Assembly: GCA_041485465.1 (NCBI GenBank)
Contig: JBGPJO010000001.1
Coordinates: 102,190-166,189, forward strand
DNA length: 64,000 bases
Reading direction: 5' to 3'
Source of the DNA: Minisyncoccia bacterium
GTDB lineage: Bacteria > Patescibacteriota > Minisyncoccia > Phycocordibacterales > JAKFXT01
Below, one piece after another: positions 10,040 to 20,595 of the stretch. Below the pieces are notes generated by a model. The model had not been told where the DNA came from, did not search any database, and worked only from the letters and a program-made list of their open reading frames with translations. The position numbers and the translations under genes are program-made. Each line of letters starts with the position of its first letter. Within the stretch, counting starts at the first letter, position 1.

Positions 10040-10123
10040 TGCGTCGGGCAGGATTCGAACCTGCGTAGCCCATAGGGCGACAGATTTACAGTCTGTTGCG
10101 ATTGACCACTCCGCCACCGACGC
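10040..10123 (-). tRNA. tRNA-Tyr(GTA), long variable arm
   Basis: Reverse complement gives acceptor gcgtcgg/ccgacgc, anticodon loop cuGUAaa, long variable arm, T-arm ggttcgaatcc. Confidence 0.8.
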
Positions 10124-10181
10124 AATAACGGGGAAGATACACTACTTTTCAAAATTTTAAAAGGAGTCTCTCCTCCCCACT

Positions 10182-12878
10182 TTACGCAGTTACCTGCTCT
10201 TTTTGGATAAGGATCGTGGGTTTACCGATCCTCTTCGTCTTTTTTACGTCAAAGACAAATTCATTATTTTCTTTCATTAAGACCGAGATATGCCCGCCAT
10301 GCATGACGCCTCGCGAAATCATCAGGGACGCGATCGGATTCAATATTTTTGTCTGGATCAACCGCTTCAGGGGACGAGCGCCATAGTGCGGATTATAGCC
10401 TTCTTTCGCAAGATAGGAGAGCACTTCATCAGGAATATCAAGGACAATTTCTTTTTCAGCAAGACGTTTTTTAACAAGATCAATCTGAATGTTGACGATC
10501 TTAACGATTGCTTCAGGCTTTAAAATGTCAAAGACGATTATGTCATCGAGACGATTCAAGAATTCCGGCCGGAAATGATCTTTGAGCGAAGAGAGCACTT
10601 TCTCCTTTGTAATTTCATACTGTTTATTTTCATCGCCGTGGCTTATCGTAAATCCGATTTGTTCCATCTTGTCGATAAGCTGAGCGCCGATATTAGAAGT
10701 CAAAATGATGATGGTGTTTTTGAAGTTAACCATCCTCCCCTTCGCGTCCGTCAGTCGCCCATTATCAAGAACCTGAAGAAGAATGTTAAACACTTCAGGA
10801 TGAGCTTTTTCTATTTCATCAAAGAGTAGCACTGAATATGGTCGGTGACGGACGGTTTCGGTAAGTGTCCCTCCTTCTTCGTGACCGACATAGCCGGGCG
10901 GCGCGCCGATAATTTTCGAGACAGAGTGTCGCTCCATATATTCCGACATATCAACGCGAATAAGAGCCCGGTCCGAATCAAACATGAATTCGGCAAGCGC
11001 TTTGGTTAATTCGGTTTTTCCGACACCCGTCGGGCCAAGAAAAATGAAAGAACCGATAGGGCGATCCGGATCGGAAATACCGGCCCGTGAGCGTTTAACG
11101 GCGTTTGCGATTTTTTCGATAGCTTCATCCTGACCGATAACCCTCTTCTTGAGGCTCTCTTCCATCCGGGAGAGTTTCTCAATCTCCTGTTCAAGCATGC
11201 GGTAAACCGGAATACCGGTCCAGCGCGAAACAACTCCGGCAATATCATTTTCCGTGATCTCCTCTTTCAAAAGTCGGCGTGAGCGCTGAAGCTTGCCTAG
11301 TTTTTTATTTTTCGCCTCCAGTTCCTTTTCAAGCGTCGGAATCTTCCCATAGCGGATTTCGGCGGCTTTTGAAAGATCGGCGCGCGCTTCCGCTCCTTCC
11401 GCTTCAATGCGTGATTGCTCAAGATCTTTCTTAATGGTGCGGATCGAACCTAAAATATCTTTCTCGGTATTCCACTTGAATTCAAGATCGCGAGTTTTTT
11501 CTTTAAAGTCGGCGATTTCTTTGTCGATTATCTTGATCCTGGCTTTTGCTTTCTTGCCCTCTTCGCTTTCAGCCTCTTTCTTAAGCGCTTCGCGCTCAAT
11601 TTCAAGGCGCAATACTTTTCGGTGAGTTTCCTCAAGGATCGGCGGTTTGTTTTCAAGAGAGATCCGGAGAGCGGAAGCCGCTTCATCAATCAAATCAACC
11701 GCCTTGTCCGGAAGAAACCGATCGGTAATGTAGCGGGACGAGAGGTTCACGGCAGCGATTAGAGCATCGTCCGTAATGCGGACACCGTGATACAACTCGT
11801 ACTTTTCCTTAAGGCCGCGAAGAATGGCAACGGCGTCCTCAGGCGAAGGTTCCGTGACATATACTGGCTGAAATCGGCGCGTCAGAGCCTGATCTTTCTC
11901 GATGTATTTTTGATACTCCTTGAGAGTAGTCGCGCCGATTGCCCGGAGTTCTCCGCGAGAGAGAGCCGGTTTTAACATGTTCGAAGCGTCCATTGCGCCC
12001 TCAGCCGCGCCCGCCCCAACGATAGTGTGAATTTCATCGATAAAAAGAATAACTTTACCGTCAGCGCGCTCAATTTCTTTCATAATAGCTTTCAAACGCT
12101 CTTCAAACTCGCCGCGGTATTTCGTGCCGGCGATAAGCGATCCTAAATCAAGTGAAACCAGCTCTTTTCCCTTCAAAGAATCCGGAACGTCATTTGAAGC
12201 AATGCGGTTGGCAAGCCCTTCGACGATCGCCGTTTTACCAACGCCCGGCTCCCCGATCAAAATCGGGTTATTTTTCGTTCGGCGTGAGAGAATCTGCATA
12301 ATTCTCGAGATTTCTTCGTCGCGACCGACAACCGGGTCAAGTTTATTCTCAAGAGCAAGTTTGGTGAGGTTTCTCGTATATTTCGAGAGCGCCCGGAATT
12401 TTTTCGGCTCTCCGGACTCGGTAATTTTACCTTTACGCATTTCATTCAATACCTTAAGAACGATATCTTTGGTGAGACGGAACCGAGAAAGTACTTCACG
12501 GGCTCCGGAGGGGATTTCAAGAAGCGCGACGAAAAGATGTTCAACCGAGACAAATTCATCAGATAAGCCCGAGGCCACCTTCCCGGAATACTCGAGCACC
12601 TGGGCGAGATCCGGTGTTAAATAAATTTGATACGAGGGAGAAAGGACGGTCGATGATTCAGGGTTTTCGATTGCCTCAATCAATGAGTCAGTCAGTAAAT
12701 TAATATCAACCTCAAGCCGCTCAAGAATAGAAAAAATGATGCTTTCTTCCTGAACGACGAGTGCTGTCATCAGGTGAACCGAGTTAACCTGATTTTGGCC
12801 GCGTTCAATTGCAAGCTCATGAGCTTTTCTTATTGCGTCCCGCGCTTTACTGGTGAAATGTCCAAATGATGGGGGCAT
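10182..12878 (-). CDS. clpB: ATP-dependent chaperone ClpB (two AAA+ modules and a long coiled-coil M-domain)
   Basis: Clp N-domain, Walker A GEPGVGKT twice, and a long coiled-coil insertion between NBD1 and NBD2 typical of ClpB. Confidence 0.9.
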   Translation of the reverse strand: MPPSFGHFTSKARDAIRKAHELAIERGQNQVNSVHLMTALVVQEESIIFSILERLEVDINLLTDSLIEAIENPESSTVLSPSYQIYLTPDLAQVLEYSGKVASGLSDEFVSVEHLFVALLEIPSGAREVLSRFRLTKDIVLKVLNEMRKGKITESGEPKKFRALSKYTRNLTKLALENKLDPVVGRDEEISRIMQILSRRTKNNPILIGEPGVGKTAIVEGLANRIASNDVPDSLKGKELVSLDLGSLIAGTKYRGEFEERLKAIMKEIERADGKVILFIDEIHTIVGAGAAEGAMDASNMLKPALSRGELRAIGATTLKEYQKYIEKDQALTRRFQPVYVTEPSPEDAVAILRGLKEKYELYHGVRITDDALIAAVNLSSRYITDRFLPDKAVDLIDEAASALRISLENKPPILEETHRKVLRLEIEREALKKEAESEEGKKAKARIKIIDKEIADFKEKTRDLEFKWNTEKDILGSIRTIKKDLEQSRIEAEGAEARADLSKAAEIRYGKIPTLEKELEAKNKKLGKLQRSRRLLKEEITENDIAGVVSRWTGIPVYRMLEQEIEKLSRMEESLKKRVIGQDEAIEKIANAVKRSRAGISDPDRPIGSFIFLGPTGVGKTELTKALAEFMFDSDRALIRVDMSEYMERHSVSKIIGAPPGYVGHEEGGTLTETVRHRPYSVLLFDEIEKAHPEVFNILLQVLDNGRLTDAKGRMVNFKNTIIILTSNIGAQLIDKMEQIGFTISHGDENKQYEITKEKVLSSLKDHFRPEFLNRLDDIIVFDILKPEAIVKIVNIQIDLVKKRLAEKEIVLDIPDEVLSYLAKEGYNPHYGARPLKRLIQTKILNPIASLMISRGVMHGGHISVLMKENNEFVFDVKKTKRIGKPTILIQKEQVTA

Positions 12879-12989
12879 AGATTTTATATTTTAAACTTAG
12901 GGAAATGGCTTAAAGTAGCGGAAAAGCGGAGGAATACCTAAATTATGTCGCGGAGAAAATAAGTTGTCAAACTGAGCTCTTGATCGCCC

Positions 12990-13820
12990 TTATTTCGGGA
13001 GAGCGGCAAGTTTTTGTTGCAAAAGGTTTTCCGAAATGAAGCGATCTTGCTTCTCCCCCGTATTCATTCCGATCACTTCCCCAAAAAGATTTGAGAGCGG
13101 GCCACCTCTGCCGATAGCTAAAGGTGCCGGGCTAATATCAATGTAGCCGACAATCTGATCGGGTGTTGTTGTGCCCCCTGCGTTTTGGTCAATTAACGCC
13201 AGCGACGAGACGACGCCAAGCGAAATCGTACGTCCTTTTTCGCCCCCGAAAACAATAATACTTTGCCCCAGTTGAAGCTTATCGGCATCTCCCAAAGTCA
13301 CCGGAGTAAAACTGTATTTAGTGTCTGGAGCAAGCGCCTGAAGAAGCGCAATGCCGAGTACTTCATCTTGGTTGAGGACTTTAGTGTCAAGGGTTTTGCC
13401 GTCTAAAGTCGTAATACTGTAGTTTCCTGTATCCGAAATAATGCCGCTGTCAGTCGCGATAATCCCTGTATTGGTAAGCACCGTTCCCCAACCGACAAAA
13501 GACAAGGAGGGTGAACCGTCGGTATTGATCCCTTTTTGAGAAACTGAGACAATACCCGAGGCGTCTTTTTGAACCGACTTGGTAACAAGATCATCTTCCT
13601 TAACAACTACCGTTGTCTCTTTGGTAACAACCGAACTGCCCGCGGTCGGTACTATTTTTTCGACGGTGTGTTCGACAACCCGGTTGATTGTCTGGGTAAT
13701 CCCGGGAGGCGCCTGCTGGAGCAGTGATACCGTCACGATGCCGGTTGCAATCGATGTCACGAAAGAGATGAGTAGCGTGAGCAGGATTATTTGTGTGCGG
13801 TTGAGATTTTCTACATCCAT
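12990..13820 (-). CDS. Membrane-anchored HtrA/S1C trypsin-fold protein with substituted catalytic triad (probable pseudoprotease); no PDZ domain
   Basis: Aligns to DegP around GDADKLQLGQ..SLGVVSSL..IGRGGPLSNLFGEVIGMNTG, but the Ser of GNSGGP is Gly (GRGGPL), the His of TNNHV is replaced (ATDSG), and the Asp is replaced (GIALL). N-terminal TM anchor. Confidence 0.65.
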   Translation of the reverse strand: MDVENLNRTQIILLTLLISFVTSIATGIVTVSLLQQAPPGITQTINRVVEHTVEKIVPTAGSSVVTKETTVVVKEDDLVTKSVQKDASGIVSVSQKGINTDGSPSLSFVGWGTVLTNTGIIATDSGIISDTGNYSITTLDGKTLDTKVLNQDEVLGIALLQALAPDTKYSFTPVTLGDADKLQLGQSIIVFGGEKGRTISLGVVSSLALIDQNAGGTTTPDQIVGYIDISPAPLAIGRGGPLSNLFGEVIGMNTGEKQDRFISENLLQQKLAALPK

Positions 13821-13871
13821 AGGTTTAAAGATAGTTTGATCATAAGCAAAAGAGGAAGGGCCCGCAACTCC

Positions 13872-15107
13872 TTACGGTTTGAGAAGCTCTGGCAGGACTT
13901 TCGCTATATATTTTATATCACCAAGCGAGGTTTCCCTTCCGAATGAAAAACGAAGGGAACTTTTACCGTACCCTTCCCTTCCCGGCAACGCCTCAATTAC
14001 ATAAGACGAACCCGAGCCGGAAATGCTTCTGCAGGCGCTTGCCGAGGAAACGGCGATTCCCGCCTGGTCGAGTTTCACCGAGAGAAATTCGGCATCGACT
14101 TCGGGAAAGTTGATATTCAAAACATTGGGCAGAATTTCGCCGAGGCCATTAACCGTTGCCCCGTCTATGTGCTTGAGTAATTCCTCTTTGAGAAGATCCC
14201 GAAGTTTTTTTATTCGCTCCCCTTCGGTTTTTCGCATCCTCTCTGCTTTCAAAAGCGCCGCGGCAAACCCGACAATTCCCGGTACGTTTTGCGTACCGGC
14301 CCTAAGTCCCTTCTCCTGCATGCCGCCGCGGAGAAGTGGGGTAAGTGGCGTGCCGCGCTTCACGAAAAGAAGCCCGACGCCTTTCGGGCCGTAGACTTTC
14401 AAGGCATCAAGTGTCATGAGATCGACATGAAGATCGTTCGGAAAAAGAGAGAGAAAATTGCCGGCCTGACTCGCATCGGTATGAAAATAGAGTGGCTGTT
14501 TCTCCTTATATTTTTTGATGAGATTTCCTATTTCCCGAATTCTCTCAATAGTTCCCGTTTCGCTGTTTGCATAAGCAAGGGAAATGAGGATCGTTTCCTC
14601 GGTAATCGAGGCTTCGAGATTTTTTAAGTCAACCCGTCCTTTCTCATTAACCGGAAGGTACGTCACTAAAAATCCCTTCCGCTCAAGAAAGCGAATGGGC
14701 TCGAGAATGGCGGCGTGCTCAATTCGCGACGTTATGATGTGCGGGTGCTTCACCGGAGAAGATGACACTATTCCCGTAATTCCTAAATTGTTACCCTCGG
14801 TTCCACCACCAGTAAAAATTATTTCGTCGCTTTGGACCTGAAGTGTTTCGGCGATTGTTTTTCTCGCTTGTTCAAGAGCACGCTTCGCCTCCCGTCCGAA
14901 AGAATGGATGGAGGCCGGGTTCCCAAATAAAGTTCCTGATAAAAAAGGAAGCATCGCCTTCTTGACGTCTTCATCAAGAGGAGTTGCCGCCGCGTAATCG
15001 GCATAGACTCTCCGTACCCGTGAAGAGGAAAAAAAATCAAACATGAAGGTATTGTACGAATACAGGTTTATTTTGCAAAATGAGCGATTTATGTATACTG
15101 TGGTCAC
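13872..15107 (-). CDS. Cysteine desulfurase (NifS/IscS-like, class V aminotransferase); probable true start at Met 15044
   Basis: VYADYAAATP..IFTGGGTEGNN..H.D.SQ; PLP lysine region and the active-site loop SASACRS. Confidence 0.85.
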   Translation of the reverse strand: MTTVYINRSFCKINLYSYNTFMFDFFSSSRVRRVYADYAAATPLDEDVKKAMLPFLSGTLFGNPASIHSFGREAKRALEQARKTIAETLQVQSDEIIFTGGGTEGNNLGITGIVSSSPVKHPHIITSRIEHAAILEPIRFLERKGFLVTYLPVNEKGRVDLKNLEASITEETILISLAYANSETGTIERIREIGNLIKKYKEKQPLYFHTDASQAGNFLSLFPNDLHVDLMTLDALKVYGPKGVGLLFVKRGTPLTPLLRGGMQEKGLRAGTQNVPGIVGFAAALLKAERMRKTEGERIKKLRDLLKEELLKHIDGATVNGLGEILPNVLNINFPEVDAEFLSVKLDQAGIAVSSASACRSISGSGSSYVIEALPGREGYGKSSLRFSFGRETSLGDIKYIAKVLPELLKP

Positions 15108-15600
15108 CGTTCTTCATATGAAATCCGTCCTTTCACTCTCCCATACCGAAATTGGATTCTTGCTCGCCTTAGGCGCTCTCCTTATTCTTCTTATCTCCTA
15201 TCTGCGCCTTGAATGGAAGCTCAATCGGCTGCTTCTTGGTGGAAGATCGGCGAACCTTGATGAGACACTTTCATACCTCAAAGGTAAAGCTGATAACTAT
15301 GATCTGTTCAGATCTGATCTTGAAAAATATTTGACCGATGTTGAAAACAGGCTTCGGAAAAGTGTTCAGGGAGTCGGCATGGTGCGGTTCAATCCTTTCC
15401 GGGGTAGCGGCTCGGGCGGGAATCAAAGTTTTGCAAGCGCCTTTGTTAATGAAAGCGGCGATGGAATCATCATCTCAACACTCTACGCCCGCGACCATGT
15501 CAGCGTCTTTGCAAAACCAGTCCGCAAATTCAAATCGGAATTTGAACTGACGGATGAAGAAAAACAGGCCCTGTCGCAAGCAAAAGAAGAACTGAAATAA
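15043..15600 (+). CDS. DUF4446-family membrane protein (probable start at internal Met 15091 or 15118)
   Basis: N-terminal TM, then VGMVRFNPFRGSGSGGNQSFASAFVNESGDGIIISTLYARDHVSVFAKPV, which matches the conserved DUF4446 core. Confidence 0.6.
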   Translation: MKVLYEYRFILQNERFMYTVVTVLHMKSVLSLSHTEIGFLLALGALLILLISYLRLEWKLNRLLLGGRSANLDETLSYLKGKADNYDLFRSDLEKYLTDVENRLRKSVQGVGMVRFNPFRGSGSGGNQSFASAFVNESGDGIIISTLYARDHVSVFAKPVRKFKSEFELTDEEKQALSQAKEELK

Positions 15601-15631
15601 ACCATGGCGGTATCCGCTATCCTAAAAAACA

Positions 15632-17140
15632 ATGCCGAAAGAAAAATCCAAAGGAATAATTCCCCGACCGCCCGTCGTTGCAATTATGGGGCATATCGAC
15701 CATGGTAAATCGACGCTTCTTGATTACATCAGGAAAACCAATGTCGTAGGAAAAGAAGCGGGCGGTATCACTCAGCATATTTCAGCCTACGAAGTCATCC
15801 ATAAAGACGAAAAGGGAAACAGCCGCCGGATTACCTTCCTTGACACCCCCGGCCATGAAGCTTTTAAAGCAATGCGCAAGCGTGGCGCGGGCGCGGCGGA
15901 TGTCGCCGTTTTGGTAGTCTCGGCAGAAGACGGAGTGAAGCCGCAGACGCTTGAGGCGTTTTCCGCCATTACCGATTCAAAAACCCCCTACATTGTCGCT
16001 ATCAATAAAATAGACAAACCGGGAGCAAACATCGAGAAGACAAAGCAGACCCTGCTTGATGGCGGCATATATATAGAAGGCTATGGGGGCAACGTCCCTT
16101 CAGTTTCAATTTCCGCAAAAAAAGGTGAGGGCGTAAAAGAGCTCCTCGATATGATTCTTCTTGTTGCCGATCTTGAATCGCTCTCAGGAAATCCTGAAGA
16201 AAAATCAACCGGCGTTATTATCGAATCGAATCTCGACACAAAGAAAGGAATTACCGCAACACTCATCATCAAAAACGGGACGCTTAAGAAAGGCGAGTTT
16301 ATCGTCGCCGGAGAAAGTATGGCACCGGTCAGGATCATGGAAAATTTCCTTGGGGAAGCAATCCCGGAAGCGACTTTTTCAAGCCCCGTTCGGATTATCG
16401 GCTGGAGCGATCTTCCGAAGGCGGGCGAGATATTTTCAACATATAAAACAAAGAAAGAAGCCGAGGAAGCCACTCAAGTAGAAAGTAAGAAGCTCAAAGA
16501 GATCGGCTCTTCGGAATTTTCTGCGCCAGTCGGTGCAGTCGTGATCCCGCTTGTTATCAAAACTGACATGCTCGGATCTTCCGAAGCGATTGCTCATGAA
16601 ATCAAGAAAATCGAGACTGATACCGTAAAAGTAAAAATTGTGGAAGCATCCGCAGGCACCATCAGTGAAAATGATGTCAAATTCTTAACGGGCGCGCCGA
16701 ATGGCATTATCGTTGGCTTTGCCGTTAAGGCGGACGCCCGCGCGATTGAACTTGCCGAAAGACAGGGAGTGGTAATAAAAACATTCGACGTGATCTATAA
16801 GCTCACTGAATGGCTAGAAGAGATAATCAAAGAGAGAACACCGAAAGTCGAGGTTCAAGAGATCGAGGGCGCGCTCAAAGTATTAAAGACGTTCAGCCGG
16901 ACCAAAGACAAACAGGTCATCGGCGGCAGAATCGAGTCGGGCAAAATCAGAGTGGGGGATAAAGTGAAAATTAAACGAAGAGATGCGGAAGTTGGCGAGG
17001 GCACGGTAAAAGAAATACAAGTTCAAAAATTAAAAGTGCGTGAAGTGACCGAGGGGAGCGAATGCGGGCTCCAGGTCGAAGCGAAAATTGATATCGCTCA
17101 GGGCGATATACTTCAATCGGTTGTACTTAGCATTAAATGA
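15632..17140 (+). CDS. infB: Translation initiation factor IF-2 (short form lacking the N-terminal region)
   Basis: G-domain [28 protein letters not shown]; C-terminal beta-barrel domains. Confidence 0.9.
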   Translation: MPKEKSKGIIPRPPVVAIMGHIDHGKSTLLDYIRKTNVVGKEAGGITQHISAYEVIHKDEKGNSRRITFLDTPGHEAFKAMRKRGAGAADVAVLVVSAEDGVKPQTLEAFSAITDSKTPYIVAINKIDKPGANIEKTKQTLLDGGIYIEGYGGNVPSVSISAKKGEGVKELLDMILLVADLESLSGNPEEKSTGVIIESNLDTKKGITATLIIKNGTLKKGEFIVAGESMAPVRIMENFLGEAIPEATFSSPVRIIGWSDLPKAGEIFSTYKTKKEAEEATQVESKKLKEIGSSEFSAPVGAVVIPLVIKTDMLGSSEAIAHEIKKIETDTVKVKIVEASAGTISENDVKFLTGAPNGIIVGFAVKADARAIELAERQGVVIKTFDVIYKLTEWLEEIIKERTPKVEVQEIEGALKVLKTFSRTKDKQVIGGRIESGKIRVGDKVKIKRRDAEVGEGTVKEIQVQKLKVREVTEGSECGLQVEAKIDIAQGDILQSVVLSIK

Positions 17141-17146
17141 GGTAGT

Positions 17147-17467
17147 ATGTCGAAGAAGGAGGAACGGCTACAGGAGAGAATCCGCGAATCCGCCGCGGAA
17201 TTTCTAAATAAAGAATCAAATCAGTCGTCGCTCATCACCGTGACAAGGGTAGAGCTCTCTAGTGACGGCCGCCGAGCGTTCATTTTCATAACTGTTTTTC
17301 CTGAGGAAAAAGAGGCGGAAGGACTGTCATTCGCACGAAGAAAACGGACGGAACTTCGGGAGAGAATACTTAAAGACCTCGATATCGCCCGTCCCCCATT
17401 TCTTGAAGTATTGGTCGATGCCGGAGAAAAGAACCGTCAGCGGATCGATATCCTTTCTCGGCGGTAG
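17147..17467 (+). CDS. rbfA: Ribosome-binding factor A
   Basis: SSLITVTRVELSSDGRRAFIFI core; canonical infB-rbfA adjacency. Confidence 0.85.
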   Translation: MSKKEERLQERIRESAAEFLNKESNQSSLITVTRVELSSDGRRAFIFITVFPEEKEAEGLSFARRKRTELRERILKDLDIARPPFLEVLVDAGEKNRQRIDILSRR

Positions 17468-17484
17468 AAAATAATTTAAAATCA

Positions 17485-17558
17485 GGGCGTAGTGGCGAAG
17501 TGGTAACGCGGCGGTCTGCAAAACCGACATGCAGGGGTTCGATTCCCCTCTACGCCTC
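17485..17558 (+). tRNA. tRNA-Cys(GCA)
   Basis: Cloverleaf with anticodon loop cuGCAaa and T-arm aggggttcgattcccct. Confidence 0.7.
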
Positions 17559-17596
17559 ACAGAACATGGTCGAAAAAGTCTTCGGAGAAATATAAT

Positions 17597-17681
17597 TGCC
17601 CGGGTGGCGGAATTGGTATACGCGCACGACTTAAAATCGTGTCTCGCAAGGGATGTGGGTTCGATCCCCACCCCGGGCACC
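17597..17681 (+). tRNA. tRNA-Leu(TAA), type II, CCA encoded
   Basis: gcccggg acceptor, anticodon loop cuUAAaa, long variable arm, ...cccgggcacca. Confidence 0.85.
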
Positions 17682-17729
17682 ATAAGTAAATTGAAAAAAC
17701 TCTGAAAGTAGCTTAGAGTTTCTTATTAT

Positions 17730-17802
17730 CCGCCCATAGCTCAGTTGGTAGAGCGGCTCCCTCTTAAGGAGATGGTCGCAGGTTCGAATCCTGCTGGGCG
17801 GA
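17730..17802 (+). tRNA. tRNA-Lys(CTT)
   Basis: Acceptor ccgccca/tgggcgg, D-arm gctcagttggtagagc, anticodon loop cuCUUaa, T-arm gcaggttcgaatcctgc. Confidence 0.8.
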
Positions 17803-17823
17803 CACGAATAAAAAATTCGTATT

Positions 17824-17905
17824 GGGCGGGTGGCGGAATTGGTATACGCGCATGGCTTAGGACCATGTCCCGAAAGGGGTGGAGGTTCAAGTCCTCTCCC
17901 GCCCA
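17824..17905 (+). tRNA. tRNA-Leu(TAG), type II
   Basis: Acceptor gggcggg/cccgccc, anticodon stem catgg/ccatg with loop cuUAGga, long variable arm. Confidence 0.85.
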
Positions 17906-17958
17906 CAAATTCACAATGGAAATTTCGCGTGTCTTTATGCTCTGTTACAATTAACAGT

Positions 17959-19413
17959 ATGAAAAAGCTTATTCTTTTTTTGGCTGTTAATTATTATTTA
18001 TTTTTCTTTGGAGCCCTCGTGACATCCGCCGATATCCCTCCTTCTGTCAATAATCTGTATATCAGTGCTTCAAGTATAAATTCCGGCCAGCCGATCGGTT
18101 TTACCTGGTCGCTTTCAAATAGTTCCGGTTCGTCTTTCATTATTCCCTGCCAAACGGGCATTAAAATTTCGTATGCGGACGGTAGCGGATCGCTTTCCTG
18201 TGGTAGCCGATATGCTCTTTCAAACCCATCAAATGGCTCCGCTTCTCTCGCCATCAACAATGTAACCGGTGGCCTAAGAACGATTACATTTCAGGTGATA
18301 CCAAAGGATATGTCGGGAACCGATTATGATTCCGGTCTTGTACAAACACAAATTACCCTCTATACACTTTCAGAACCGATCACCGACTTAACCATTAATC
18401 CGACAACACTGACATCCGGAAGCGGTGCAACACTTACGTGGGCAGGCCACGTCGTTGATGGTGTCAATATCTCAATTGACTGTAGCGACGGCGTCACTGT
18501 TTCATCACCAAATTACACAAACAGCCTCTACATTCCCTGTGGCATCTCCCCCGCATTTCCATCAGACCTTGGGGTCTTAGGGTCGCTCCCCCTGACATTC
18601 AACAATCAAAGCGACAACACAAAAACGATCACGATTAAACTTTTGCCGGTGATTACCTCAGGTCTCTATGACGGCACTCACGCGAAAATAGTGACGATTG
18701 ACGTTAAGCCAAAAACGGCAACACCGTTAAGCATTGATTCATTCTCCGCATCTTCAACAACAGTATTGTCCGGATCTCCGGTAAAAGTATCCTGGTCAAT
18801 CAGCAACAGCGCTGGCGCAAATTTTTATCTTATGTGCGACAGCGGGAATATAATGGCTACCTCTTCAGCAAATCCGAACGGTACTCTTCCTTGCAATCAA
18901 AAATATATTTCCGATACGGACTTCGGAAGTTCCGGATTGCTTACGTTTCAATTCAGTGACATCGGGAGTACCGCGCAACCGGTGAGCCTCACTCTTGTTC
19001 CCTCTCCTCAAACAGGTACTTACGATGGCACAAAATCAAAAACTATTTCCTTCCTCGTTACAAAAACCAGCATTTCTTCAACACAATATTACGGGACATA
19101 TCCGACAGGAAGCGTTAACCAGGGAACGACAAATACCGCTCAGACATCATTTAAAAAAGCGCGCGTACTGTTTGCCCGAGGCTTAAGAGTCGGCATCACG
19201 GGAGATGATGTCAAGGCCCTTCAAGAATTTTTCGCACAGGATAAGACAATTTATCCTGAAGGACTGACCACTGGCTATTTTGGATCGGCAACTCTTCGAG
19301 CCATACAAAGATTCCAAGCAAAATACGGTATCGCAACCTCGGGGACACCGGACACCACCGGCTATGGCGCTCTCGGCCCTAAAACCCGCGCCCTGATAAA
19401 CGGATTCAAGTAA
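17959..19413 (+). CDS. Secreted protein with three ~115-aa Cys-containing Ig-like tandem repeats and a C-terminal peptidoglycan-binding (PG_binding_1-like) domain
   Basis: Start reassigned to MKKLILFLAVNYYLFFFGALVTSA (signal peptide), because the upstream part of the track ORF overlaps tRNA-Leu. Three internal repeats each carry two Cys. C-terminus GDDVKALQEFFAQDKTIYPEGLTTGYFGSATLRAIQRFQAKYGI. Confidence 0.65.
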   Translation: MKKLILFLAVNYYLFFFGALVTSADIPPSVNNLYISASSINSGQPIGFTWSLSNSSGSSFIIPCQTGIKISYADGSGSLSCGSRYALSNPSNGSASLAINNVTGGLRTITFQVIPKDMSGTDYDSGLVQTQITLYTLSEPITDLTINPTTLTSGSGATLTWAGHVVDGVNISIDCSDGVTVSSPNYTNSLYIPCGISPAFPSDLGVLGSLPLTFNNQSDNTKTITIKLLPVITSGLYDGTHAKIVTIDVKPKTATPLSIDSFSASSTTVLSGSPVKVSWSISNSAGANFYLMCDSGNIMATSSANPNGTLPCNQKYISDTDFGSSGLLTFQFSDIGSTAQPVSLTLVPSPQTGTYDGTKSKTISFLVTKTSISSTQYYGTYPTGSVNQGTTNTAQTSFKKARVLFARGLRVGITGDDVKALQEFFAQDKTIYPEGLTTGYFGSATLRAIQRFQAKYGIATSGTPDTTGYGALGPKTRALINGFK

Positions 19414-19545
19414 AATCTTGTCCCTCAATAATTTCCAAAAGAGCCCGCACACTAAGGCTTATTTTGCTTGACTTTTTATAGTATTTGTGATATCGTTTCA
19501 CCTAGATTTTTCTTGCCCTTTGAAACTTGAAAGGATGGCCTTCCT

Positions 19546-20595
19546 ATGACCAAAAGACGCTATTACAGCGTGGCTGCGACGCTCTATATGCTCGCGGTCA
19601 TCTTACTCTTGGTATTTGGCTCTTCATACACTTCTCATATCGGTGGCATCAGCATTTGGAACTGGGGTTCCGGACCTCTCGGGCTTCTCGGAGTCTATAC
19701 TCTGATAAGCCTACGGATCGTCGGGCCTACTGAAGTCGGAGCCGTACTTTTCTTCGGCAAGCCTCTCTTTGAGGCAAAGTCTGGACTTGTATTCGTTCCA
19801 CTCGGGATCTGTGAGCTCGTGCTCGAAACCAAACTTCGGATCGAGCAGGAACTGCCGGCTGATCCGGAATTCATCGACCATGGGCACTCAGATGAAGACA
19901 CGGTCAAAAAAGGATATTTCCCTCCAATCAGGATAACTTTTGCCGAGGGAAAGAAGGAAAACATCGACCCTCTCGAGAGACGCCTTACGACGGAAGTCGT
20001 TCCTATGGTTATCTGGCAGATCGACAACTTTCCGAAATTTCTGCAGGCTGTTGGTGATCGTGAAGAAGCACGTGGGCAAATGGCTGACATGGCCGTTTCC
20101 GTGTTTACCGAGATCCTTACAAGAATTTCGGCGGCTACGGCTCTCAAAAGAGTCCCCAAAACTAACGAGAAACTTCTCAAAGATATCAAAGAAAGGACAA
20201 AGGAATGGGGCATCACTGTACACGATGCCCGCATCAAGACTTTCGGTCTTAGCCACGATCTCAATCTGGCGATTCAGAAGATGGCTCAATCATCGGCGGA
20301 AGCCCGTGCAACAGTCATCGAAGCAGAAGCTACAAAAACAAAGAGGAGGCTTGAAGGCGAAGGCGATGGGGCTGCCGAACAGGCTCGCCTTAACGCCAGA
20401 ACTGCCGGTTTCAAAAAAATGGCCGATGATCTCAATGTCGAACCTTCAGTGGTCTTCGGCGCCGAAACCGCGCGAGCGGTAACGGAAAATCCCGGTCTAA
20501 AGACCATCGTCATGGGAACTGAAGGTTTCAAAGAAATCGCCGGCATTGCCAGCGCCCTCAGCGAAACCTTCAAAACTGGGGAGAAACCGGCATGA
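19546..20595 (+). CDS. SPFH/band-7 (stomatin/HflC-like) membrane protein
   Basis: N-terminal TM, then SPFH core VGPTEVGAVLFFGKP..GLVFVPLGI and an Ala/Glu-rich coiled-coil tail. Confidence 0.75.
   Translation: MTKRRYYSVAATLYMLAVILLLVFGSSYTSHIGGISIWNWGSGPLGLLGVYTLISLRIVGPTEVGAVLFFGKPLFEAKSGLVFVPLGICELVLETKLRIEQELPADPEFIDHGHSDEDTVKKGYFPPIRITFAEGKKENIDPLERRLTTEVVPMVIWQIDNFPKFLQAVGDREEARGQMADMAVSVFTEILTRISAATALKRVPKTNEKLLKDIKERTKEWGITVHDARIKTFGLSHDLNLAIQKMAQSSAEARATVIEAEATKTKRRLEGEGDGAAEQARLNARTAGFKKMADDLNVEPSVVFGAETARAVTENPGLKTIVMGTEGFKEIAGIASALSETFKTGEKPA

Noticed and set aside
17327-17954. Track ORFs 17327..17683(-), 17631..17906(-) and 17745..17954(+) across the tRNA cluster
   Set aside because: They read through four well-formed tRNA genes (Cys, Leu, Lys, Leu). 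They are artefacts of stable GC-rich tRNA sequence.
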